Virus record (IMG/VR): IMGVR_UViG_3300025759_000060
DNA: 64,000 nt
Direction: 5' to 3' (one strand)
Origin: an uncultured virus (IMG/VR IMGVR_UViG_3300025759_000060)
Taxonomy: Duplodnaviria > Heunggongvirae > Uroviricota > Caudoviricetes
The translations under genes were made by a program, and so were the position numbers. A model generated the notes under the pieces. The model searched no databases. It saw only the letters and a program-made list of their open reading frames with translations, and was not told the DNA's origin. Positions 45,417-53,544 of this stretch are shown piece by piece (position 1 is the stretch's first letter; each line of letters begins with the position of its first letter).

Positions 45417-48074
45417 ATGTCACAAGCACCTAAAATAGCAGATAGAACTAAAGAACTTTCGTATACAACTGGAACTAATGCTTTTCTATTAGAAGGAAGT
45501 ATTAATGGTTTTAGTTCGTTTGCGTCTAGTTTTGACAACGGCGATGTAATATTTTATGCCGCCACTGATGGCACTGATTACGAAGTGGGGTCTGGAGTAT
45601 TTACTGATTCTTCAGCAGATACTATTTCCAGATTTGTTCTTGCTAGTAGTAATAGTAATAATTTAGTTTCATTTAGCGCTGGGGCTAAAGAGGTTTATTC
45701 CACTTATCCAGCTACTAATGCTATTGTGTCATTATCTGGAGTTGTTCCTAAATCAAGCGGTGTTACATTTTGGCTCTCTGATAAAACGATTGGTCATGAT
45801 AGTAATTTTGTTTGGAACAATGTTGATAATAGACTAGGTATCAATCAATCAAATCCATCTTTTTCTATTGATGTCGGTGGTACTTCAGCATTTTCAATCA
45901 TTAATACTTCTGGTGTTCACACTGGTGTATCTGGTATATTGTTTGCAAGTGGAACTACTGTTCCTTCTTATAGCGGTGGAAGACAGCTGGAGCATTTTGA
46001 AAGAAATATCTTAGGCGATGCAAACATACAATCTGTAATAGAGCTTAGTGGCGTTGTAGATCAATACTTATTTTTAAAGCCGCAAGATACTGGATTAATT
46101 TTTGCTGGCCCTGCCAGTGGATGTGGAGTTGGTTGTCCTCCTGCTAGACCAAGTTTTAGAACTTTAGTGTTATCTGACGTTCCAGATTTAATCTTTATTT
46201 CTGGACAATTGATGACATCCGGTGTAACAAACGCAGCAAATATAGTTGCGATAAGTGGGATGATGGTAGATACACCAAGTGGTGTTCATAGCTATTTAGC
46301 TAGGTGGAGCGATGATGATACTTTGGGAGCTAGTAGTGTTTATGAATCTGGTGGGGTTGTTGGAATTGGCACTAGCACTACAGCAACTGGCTATAAACTG
46401 GACGTTAGAAATGGCGACATTCTAGTAGGCACTAAATTAGTTGTTGGCAGTGGAGTATATAGCCAAACTTCACCCGGAACTTATTTTGGATTAAAACATA
46501 CTAGTTTCACAAGTCCATCTGAATATATGATCATGAGCAATGGTACTCACACTTATCTTAGCGCTAAAGAAGATAGCGATGTTATTATTAGAGGTGGTGC
46601 AAATAACGTTGATCATCAAGTTGTTGTTAGTAAAAGTGGTATCACCCTTGGTAAATACAGACCTGCGGCTAGTAGCGTAGTACCAGAACACGACGTAGAC
46701 ATTGTTTACGATGAAAGCAATGGTAGTGGATGTATAAGAATTGCTGATAGAAATGGCAGCGGCATAATGATTGGTGACTGCGCTCTTGAATCTTCCTCTG
46801 TTTACGCTGGCATGAAACACACAGAGATGGCTGGTACTCTTGACTACATGATAGCTAGTAGTGGCACTCATACTTTTATAAGCGCTAGAGATGGATCTAA
46901 TGTTTTTATTAGAGGAGGAGGTCATAGCTCAGAGTGCCAGATTAGTGTTCTAGATGTTGGTGCTGGTTCTGTAGGTATTGTTTTTAATGACAACGGTGCT
47001 GACAGAGACCTTAGAATGGAAGGCGCTAGCAATGATAATCTTTTCAGACTAGATGCTAGTGAAGATAGGATTGGTATTGGAACAGATATACCTCAAAGTA
47101 CTTTAGATGTTAGTGGAGTGATAACTGCTGACAGTGGTGTTTACAATGTTTTGGATATGAATCTTACGGAAGAAGCAAGTTATCCAACACATCAAGAAGG
47201 TAGGGTCTGGTATGATTCAGATTCCCACGCGCTTGTTGTATATAATGATGAGTCAGAAGTTACACAGCAGGTTGGGCAAGAGGAATATTTAAGAGTTAGA
47301 AATAATACTGGCTCTATTATCTTAAATGGTTCTGGTGTTAGAATTACAGGTAGTCACGGAAATGTAGCTCCAACTGTAGAATATGCTATAGCAAGCGGGG
47401 AAGATCTTTCAAGAGTTGTGGGTTTAGCTACTCATGATATTGAACACAATTCCTTTGGATATGTTACAACTTATGGTTTAGTTAAAAATGTTAACACTGC
47501 TGCATTTACTGCTGGGGATGAGCTTTTTCTTTCTGAAACTGATTATGGATCTTTTAAAAATACTTCTCCTAGAATTCCAAATTATTCTTCTCCAATTGGA
47601 TATGTTGTAAGAGAAGCTACTAATGGTTCTATATTAGTAGAACTTGGAAAACACAAACTCGGTGGTGGTGATGTTAAGTCTTTAGACATGGGAGTTAATG
47701 TTAGTGGTATACCATTTATAGAAGCTTCTGGTAACGGAAATGCTATAGGTCTTGCAAATGTTGATAACTTTGTTTATGACAGCGGAAGTGCAAGGCTAGG
47801 AATTGGAACATCTAATCCCACATCAACTGTATCTGTAAGTGGTCAGTTAGAAGCTCTTGAGATATTACAAAGTGGATCATCTATAGCTTTAGACGCAGAT
47901 CTCATTCATACGTCTGGAATGATAGATAGTGTTTCTGGCAATATGCCATTACAAGGGACCATAGCAACCGCCAGCACAGCAGGAACTCTGGGTCAAATTA
48001 GGTGGGATTCAAATTATATTTATGTTTGCGTAGCTACAAATACTTGGAAAAGAGTTCTTTTATCCACATGGTGA
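45417..48074 (+). CDS. Long fibre protein (885 aa)
   Basis: DRTKE N-terminal domain, repeated RLGI/IGIGT..P...LDV fibre motifs, cement-like VVGLATHDI...GYVTTYGLV...GDELFLS domain, C-terminal GQIRWDSNYIYVCVATNTWKR. Confidence 0.75.
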   Translation: MSQAPKIADRTKELSYTTGTNAFLLEGSINGFSSFASSFDNGDVIFYAATDGTDYEVGSGVFTDSSADTISRFVLASSNSNNLVSFSAGAKEVYSTYPATNAIVSLSGVVPKSSGVTFWLSDKTIGHDSNFVWNNVDNRLGINQSNPSFSIDVGGTSAFSIINTSGVHTGVSGILFASGTTVPSYSGGRQLEHFERNILGDANIQSVIELSGVVDQYLFLKPQDTGLIFAGPASGCGVGCPPARPSFRTLVLSDVPDLIFISGQLMTSGVTNAANIVAISGMMVDTPSGVHSYLARWSDDDTLGASSVYESGGVVGIGTSTTATGYKLDVRNGDILVGTKLVVGSGVYSQTSPGTYFGLKHTSFTSPSEYMIMSNGTHTYLSAKEDSDVIIRGGANNVDHQVVVSKSGITLGKYRPAASSVVPEHDVDIVYDESNGSGCIRIADRNGSGIMIGDCALESSSVYAGMKHTEMAGTLDYMIASSGTHTFISARDGSNVFIRGGGHSSECQISVLDVGAGSVGIVFNDNGADRDLRMEGASNDNLFRLDASEDRIGIGTDIPQSTLDVSGVITADSGVYNVLDMNLTEEASYPTHQEGRVWYDSDSHALVVYNDESEVTQQVGQEEYLRVRNNTGSIILNGSGVRITGSHGNVAPTVEYAIASGEDLSRVVGLATHDIEHNSFGYVTTYGLVKNVNTAAFTAGDELFLSETDYGSFKNTSPRIPNYSSPIGYVVREATNGSILVELGKHKLGGGDVKSLDMGVNVSGIPFIEASGNGNAIGLANVDNFVYDSGSARLGIGTSNPTSTVSVSGQLEALEILQSGSSIALDADLIHTSGMIDSVSGNMPLQGTIATASTAGTLGQIRWDSNYIYVCVATNTWKRVLLSTW

Positions 48075-48077
48075 TAT

Positions 48078-48560
48078 ATGCCTATTAATGTTCCACAATC
48101 TGTGTTCGATAAATACTTCGATGTGATAGACTCCACGTTTAATATATTTGGAGTTACATGTCAACTTATATCTATAGAAAAAAAAGAAGTTATAGTATAT
48201 AATCCAGATGATAATATACCAGATAAAAACTCTATAAATAATCACAGGCGAGGAGGCGGCACACATAATCGTGGAACTAAAACTATTAAAGAAACCGAAG
48301 TGTTGACCGACATAAAACTAAAAGTATATTGGGATGAAAAACAGTGGACGGGAATTACTAAAGGGATCGTTGTTCCTGACGCATCTATTCAAACAATTGG
48401 ATTTATGACTGACTTACCTAAAATTTTGTCTGCAAAACAATTATTGGTACATAAAGGTATTAAAGATTATAAAGAAATGAGATTTGAAAGAGTTGGAGAA
48501 CACACACCTCTAGGATTAAAGCAAGATAGATACTTTGCATGTTTTTGGAAGAGGGCTTAG
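48078..48560 (+). CDS. Putative head closure/stopper (neck) protein
   Basis: Size and position; FGVTCQL N-terminal strand and a C-terminal beta strand. Confidence 0.5.
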   Translation: MPINVPQSVFDKYFDVIDSTFNIFGVTCQLISIEKKEVIVYNPDDNIPDKNSINNHRRGGGTHNRGTKTIKETEVLTDIKLKVYWDEKQWTGITKGIVVPDASIQTIGFMTDLPKILSAKQLLVHKGIKDYKEMRFERVGEHTPLGLKQDRYFACFWKRA

Positions 48561-48561
48561 T

Positions 48562-49191
48562 ATGGCTATCACACTTAATCTTGTAGACACTGTGGCTAGT
48601 TTTACTAAGAAGGTTAATGCTTCTATTGCGGGAACATTTAATCAGCTTTTGTTTAGAAAGAAAAATAGAATAGACTTAGATATTAGAATGTTTGTAGAGC
48701 AACAAATTTTAGCTCAACCAGAAGTAAGAGAATTATTAGAAGAGAACGGGCCGGATAGTTTAACGGCTATGTTGGGTATTACAAACGCGGAAGCTTTAAA
48801 TGCAATAAACGCTTTAGTTAAAACTATTACTAGAATAATCAAAGTAAATATAGATAAAGTAGACGATAGATTAAATGGCGGTCTTGAGGTAATAATATCT
48901 GGCGTTGATGCTGGAGACATACCCGAGGCAATAAAGAGCGTACCTAACTCTAAACTAAATTGGTTAGAATGGTTATTAGAAAAAGGCGACACTCCAATTA
49001 TTATTGGTTATAGATATTCAGCCTCAGATAAAGGTAGAACTGGCGGTGGGATCATGAAGCCCGGAGGTGTTTTTAGAATACCACCAAGTTTTTCAGGAAC
49101 AGAAGAAGAGAATTTTATTATCAGAGCGCTGGTTGGAGAACCACAACAACAAGAAATAGAAAGAATTATAAGGAAAGCTCTAGATGTCTAA
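48562..49191 (+). CDS. Putative neck/tail-completion protein
   Basis: Start re-called to the ATG at 48562; lies between the stopper-like and terminator-like genes; WLEWLL...GT..NFIIRAL. Confidence 0.5.
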   Translation: MAITLNLVDTVASFTKKVNASIAGTFNQLLFRKKNRIDLDIRMFVEQQILAQPEVRELLEENGPDSLTAMLGITNAEALNAINALVKTITRIIKVNIDKVDDRLNGGLEVIISGVDAGDIPEAIKSVPNSKLNWLEWLLEKGDTPIIIGYRYSASDKGRTGGGIMKPGGVFRIPPSFSGTEEENFIIRALVGEPQQQEIERIIRKALDV

Positions 49192-50161
49192 TAATAATCT
49201 CAAAGGTTTTAACAGCGTTTTTGACTCAACTCTTAACAATGAGTTGCAAGATAATATTATAGAATTCCTAGATTGGAATTTGTTAGGCAAAGGTAATTAT
49301 TTCAATGTTACCAAAGGGGAAACTTCTCACAGCAATCAAGATTACAGCTTGTTAAAGCTTTCTTCGTATCCACACTACAACGCTGGTCAAGCTTGGGATG
49401 GTTTTAGGCAGAACTGGGTTTGGCAAAGTGGAGTTAATCCACCTTCTGGAATGACCGCCCCGATTGTTGGCGAAAACCATATGTATCCCGGTATATCTGG
49501 CGTATATGTAGATGACACATTCTACTCTTCAGATACTACCGGAGACTATGCTCACACGGTAGATTATTTCAATGGGAGGGTAGTTTTTGACAGCCCTATC
49601 CCTACTGGTAGCAAGGTTCAGGTAGAACATAGTTATAAATATATTAATGTTATATACGGTAATAATGTTCCTTGGCTTAGAGAGATTCAATATAGAACCC
49701 TAGATGTGCCTTCTAATTTTAATAATGGAAAAGGGGAATTTGAAATACCTTCAGAAATGAGAATACAACTACCCGCCATAGGTATAGAAGTAGTTCCAAG
49801 GAGAAGCTACAAGGGCTATCAGCTGGGTGGCGGTCAGTATATCTATACGGATGTGCTTTTTCATTGCATAGCTGAAGACGCTTACACAAGAAATCAGTTG
49901 TTAGACATGGTTTCTTTCCAAAATGACAAAACAATAACATTATTTAATAATAATAATATAGCCAATAGCGGGGCTTTTCCCGTAGATTACAGGGGTGTTC
50001 CCGTATCTGGCGCTCTTAGATATCCAGATTTAATTGATAGTTATCAATCAAATCACATGAGATTTACGAATTTTACTGTTCAGGGCATGGAAATCATAAA
50101 TAGCAACTTTTCAGCAGGAATAGCTCGTTGTACGGTAGAAGTAATTAAATCAAATATCTAA
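49184..50161 (+). CDS. Putative tail terminator protein with an N-terminal extra domain
   Basis: C-terminal LPAIGIEV...YQLGGG...DVLFHCIAED.YTRNQLLD; directly upstream of the tail tube gene. Confidence 0.55.
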   Translation: MSNNNLKGFNSVFDSTLNNELQDNIIEFLDWNLLGKGNYFNVTKGETSHSNQDYSLLKLSSYPHYNAGQAWDGFRQNWVWQSGVNPPSGMTAPIVGENHMYPGISGVYVDDTFYSSDTTGDYAHTVDYFNGRVVFDSPIPTGSKVQVEHSYKYINVIYGNNVPWLREIQYRTLDVPSNFNNGKGEFEIPSEMRIQLPAIGIEVVPRRSYKGYQLGGGQYIYTDVLFHCIAEDAYTRNQLLDMVSFQNDKTITLFNNNNIANSGAFPVDYRGVPVSGALRYPDLIDSYQSNHMRFTNFTVQGMEIINSNFSAGIARCTVEVIKSNI

Positions 50162-50165
50162 TTTT

Positions 50166-50174
50166 GTGTATATA
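50166..50174 (+). promoter_or_regulatory. Putative late promoter GTGTATATA
   Basis: Lies in the gap before the tail tube gene, followed by AAGGAG. Confidence 0.65.
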
Positions 50175-50211
50175 AAAATAGAGTTTTCCAACTTACCAAG
50201 GAGAGAATATA

Positions 50212-51237
50212 ATGGCAAATAATAGAGTATTTTATGCCTGCCAAGCTGTGGTCATCGGAGATAATGGTGATCAAAATTCCAGAACAATACATGGCGTACA
50301 AAGTGTGGGCATTACAACGAACTTTAATCTAGAGCAAGCATTTGAGCTTGGTCAGATTCAAATTTACGAAAATATTGAAGGTCTTCCAGATGTTGAGGTA
50401 ACGCTGGAAAAGGTACTTGATGGACATCCACTTATTTACCACGCTGCAACGCCCGGAGCTACTGTCAATACATTAGTTAACAGATCAAAACTTAGATGTA
50501 ATGTTGGTCTTGGTATTTACCCAGATGATCAAGATGCTGTAACTGGTGCTGCACCAGCAGAAGTCCATATGTCTGGAATGTATTTGAGCAGTATTTCTTA
50601 TACTATTCCAGCAGATGGAAATGCAACCGAATCTGTAACCTTGGTAGGAAACGATAAAAGTTGGAATTCTGATAGTCCCACTCTTGTAACATCTGCTAGA
50701 GCCTCGGAAATTCCAGAAGATGGTGATGGTAAAGGTACTGATGCTCCATTTTCAGGCAGTGGTGTTGCTAGGCGTGAGAATGTAGACCTTGCAAACACTA
50801 TATTGCCAGCAGCTATTTTTGGCGCTCAAGGATCTGGAATTGGAAACGGTTTGTCTGGTGGTGTTCCAGCTGTTCATATTCAAAACTTTACTTGTAGTAC
50901 GGATTTGGCTCGTGAAGATATTCTAGAACTTGGTAGAAAAGCTCCTTACTATCGTTCGCCTAATTTCCCAGTAGAAGTAACTTCTGAGTTTGAAGTGATT
51001 GCCATTTCTGGTGATTATATTTCTTGCGAAGAAGGCGCTGATGCTAACACTTCAGAGGAAATTATCAAAGTTGCTCTTGACAATGGCACAACTTTCGATC
51101 TTGGTGGTAAGAATAGACTGTCATCCGTAACTTACGGTGGAGGTGACGCTGCTGGAGGTAACGCCACAATTACTTACTCATATAGCACCTTTAATGACTT
51201 AACAGTTAAAAGTAATACTGATCCAGCCGGACTTTAG
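50212..51237 (+). CDS. Major tail tube protein
   Basis: Own promoter and strong RBS; two repeated tube-like halves (GVQSVGI..NLEQAFELG / IQNFTCS..REDILELG); upstream of the chaperone-like genes and TMP. Confidence 0.75.
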   Translation: MANNRVFYACQAVVIGDNGDQNSRTIHGVQSVGITTNFNLEQAFELGQIQIYENIEGLPDVEVTLEKVLDGHPLIYHAATPGATVNTLVNRSKLRCNVGLGIYPDDQDAVTGAAPAEVHMSGMYLSSISYTIPADGNATESVTLVGNDKSWNSDSPTLVTSARASEIPEDGDGKGTDAPFSGSGVARRENVDLANTILPAAIFGAQGSGIGNGLSGGVPAVHIQNFTCSTDLAREDILELGRKAPYYRSPNFPVEVTSEFEVIAISGDYISCEEGADANTSEEIIKVALDNGTTFDLGGKNRLSSVTYGGGDAAGGNATITYSYSTFNDLTVKSNTDPAGL

Positions 51238-51274
51238 TATATAATTTATTAGGAATATAAAGGAAACAAAACAA

Positions 51275-51331
51275 ATGGGAAACTCCCGCAGTGAGGTTAC
51301 GTAATGAACCATCATGAGCGGGAGTTTTTTA
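51275..51331 (+). promoter_or_regulatory. 9-codon leader ORF overlapping a long hairpin that hides the RBS/ATG of the 51304 gene and ends in a U tract
   Basis: AAACTCCCGC (51280-51289) pairs with GCGGGAGTTT (51318-51327); inner GTGAGGTT pairs with AACC(A)TCAT; ATG is in the loop; leader is MGNSRSEVT*. Confidence 0.6.
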
Positions 51332-52338
51332 TTTATAAAATTAGATCTGGAAAAGCATATTTACCTAAAGGTTTAGTAGTACACCCCTTTACAGTAGAGT
51401 TAAATATAGAATCTTGCATTATATATAATAATGCTTACGAGCAAGCGTTTGATGACGAAATAATGACTGAAAAGGAAACAGAGTCTTGGATGATGGATCA
51501 TGGGCTATGGTCTGAAGAAAAAGAAGAAAGAGTAAATGGATTAAAGAAAGACATTGAAAAGCTTAAGGTAGAAATTTATAAATCTCGCCACAATTCAGAG
51601 CTAGTAGAAAGAATCAGAAAATATATTAGAGCTGGAGAAAAACAACTAAACGAAGAACTACAAATTAAAAATTCTTATAATCAAAATACTTGCGAAGGAA
51701 TAGCGTATACGGAAAAACTAGAATATCTGATAGAAAATAGTACATATAAAAATAATGAACTATATGATTTTGAAGATATTGGTATAAATGAAGCTTTATT
51801 TTACTGGCACAAATCTTTAATTACAGAGCAACAGTGTAGAGAACTAGCCAGAACTGAACCTTGGAAGTCATTGTGGAACATATACGAAAAGTCTGGAGCA
51901 AAGTTATTTTTTAACAAAGATGATGAGGACATAACATATAATCAAACAACACTTACTATGTGGTCTCAAATGTATGATAACATACAAGAGTCTATGGACT
52001 GTCCCACAAAAGAAGTTATAGAAGATGATGATATGTTAGATGGCTGGTTTATAGTACAGGCAGAAAAACGAGAACAAGAAAAAGCAGAAAATGAATTTGA
52101 TAATAACACTAATGAAAAGGTAAAAAATTCTGACGAAGTATTTGTTATGGCAAAAAATGAAAATGATATTAACAGAGTGGAAAACATGAATAGCCTTGAT
52201 AGCAAAGTGGTAAAGAAGCAAAGGGCTGCCGTGATGAAAAAGAAGGGATCTGCCCAACAGCAAGATTTCAAAGATGAAATAATGAAACAAAAAACAAAAC
52301 AGATGGAAGCCTTTAAAGGAAAGTTTGGAGGAAAATAA
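51304..52338 (+). CDS. Hypothetical protein, tail assembly chaperone-like position
   Basis: Charged helical protein between tube and TMP; VIEDDDMLDGWF segment. Confidence 0.6.
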   Translation: MNHHEREFFIYKIRSGKAYLPKGLVVHPFTVELNIESCIIYNNAYEQAFDDEIMTEKETESWMMDHGLWSEEKEERVNGLKKDIEKLKVEIYKSRHNSELVERIRKYIRAGEKQLNEELQIKNSYNQNTCEGIAYTEKLEYLIENSTYKNNELYDFEDIGINEALFYWHKSLITEQQCRELARTEPWKSLWNIYEKSGAKLFFNKDDEDITYNQTTLTMWSQMYDNIQESMDCPTKEVIEDDDMLDGWFIVQAEKREQEKAENEFDNNTNEKVKNSDEVFVMAKNENDINRVENMNSLDSKVVKKQRAAVMKKKGSAQQQDFKDEIMKQKTKQMEAFKGKFGGK

Positions 52339-52339
52339 C

Positions 52340-52678
52340 ATGGACGAAGGAAAAACAAATTACAAACAAGCTCGTGATAGTAAATACAAAGTAGCTTCTA
52401 GAGAAAGATTATCTAAAATTCTTAAAAAGAAAATTCAAACTACCATGATAGGAGCTTTAAGTAGTATTGAAGAAAATCTGGGTTTTTTATGGGGAGGCGA
52501 TGAAGGGTCAACAAAAGATCAGCAAGTTATGAAAGATATATATCAGAAAATTAGATCTGAAATATTAGACAAAGGAAATAATCAGGCTCGAAATATTGAT
52601 GCGGAGTTAGCTCAGTATGATGTGGAATGGTTAAAATATTCAGTTACAATTCCAGTAATTACAAAAAAGGAGAAATAG
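52340..52678 (+). CDS. Hypothetical protein (112 aa)
   Basis: Start re-called to the ATG at 52340 after GGAGG. Confidence 0.6.
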   Translation: MDEGKTNYKQARDSKYKVASRERLSKILKKKIQTTMIGALSSIEENLGFLWGGDEGSTKDQQVMKDIYQKIRSEILDKGNNQARNIDAELAQYDVEWLKYSVTIPVITKKEK

Positions 52679-52679
52679 G

Positions 52680-53507
52680 ATGGACAAGGAAAAACAAAGA
52701 CAGGTAGAAGTAAACGTTGACGGTGAAAAAATCAAGATCATTGTCAAAAAACCAGTTGGTGCTGTTCAAAATAGAGCAACTAGATATGCCGCCAAAGTGT
52801 GGAGCGAGTGTTTAACCGATGGCATTATGACTAAAAAGGAATTACGACTGTTTATGAAAAATCGTAATATATGGAATGAGGACAAAGATGAAGAAGAAAA
52901 GAATATTAGCAAGAAAATTGCAGAACTTGAAAAACAACTTGCTTTTGGTAAAAGTGGCAGTAAGAGAGTAAGCGCTGGTGAAGGTAAAGATATTGCTATA
53001 CAAATTAGAGAAAAACGAATAGAACTAAGAGATCTAATTGGAGAAAGATTGTCTCTTGAGGGAAATACAGCAGAATCGCTTTCTGATAATGCAAGATTTG
53101 ACTATCTAGTATCTTCTTGTACTTACTACGAAAATGGCGAAAAAGTGTATAAATCACTAGAAGATTATGATGAAAAATCGGATAGCGACATAGCACTAGC
53201 AGCTGCCACTACAATGGCACAGATGATGTACTCTCTGGATAAGGATTTTGAGAAATCCCTACCAGAAAACGTTTTTCTTAATAAGCACCACTTCACGAAT
53301 AATGATGGAGCTTTAGTCAATAAGGAAGGCGAAATGGTAGATCTAGATGGCAGACGGATTAATGAGTTTGGTCATTTTCTTAACGATAAAGGTGAACGGG
53401 TCGATGTTGATGGTAACTTATTAGACGAAGAGGGTAGGTATATAACTACTGTGGATTACGTCGATGAGACTGTCAAGAAAACTCGTAAAACAAAAACGGA
53501 CGGATAG
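52680..53507 (+). CDS. Hypothetical/tail assembly chaperone-like protein with C-terminal 7-residue repeats
   Basis: AGGAG RBS; NNDGALV NKEGEMV DLDGRRI NEFGHFL NDKGERV DVDGNLL DEEGRYI. Confidence 0.6.
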   Translation: MDKEKQRQVEVNVDGEKIKIIVKKPVGAVQNRATRYAAKVWSECLTDGIMTKKELRLFMKNRNIWNEDKDEEEKNISKKIAELEKQLAFGKSGSKRVSAGEGKDIAIQIREKRIELRDLIGERLSLEGNTAESLSDNARFDYLVSSCTYYENGEKVYKSLEDYDEKSDSDIALAAATTMAQMMYSLDKDFEKSLPENVFLNKHHFTNNDGALVNKEGEMVDLDGRRINEFGHFLNDKGERVDVDGNLLDEEGRYITTVDYVDETVKKTRKTKTDG

Positions 53508-53544
53508 CCAAAGGGATAGTGTGCAGCATTACTAGAGAGATACT

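Noticed and set aside
51304..53544. Programmed -1 frameshift typical of tail assembly chaperones
   Set aside because: I found no convincing slippery site with a suitable overlapping frame; each ORF has its own RBS and start.
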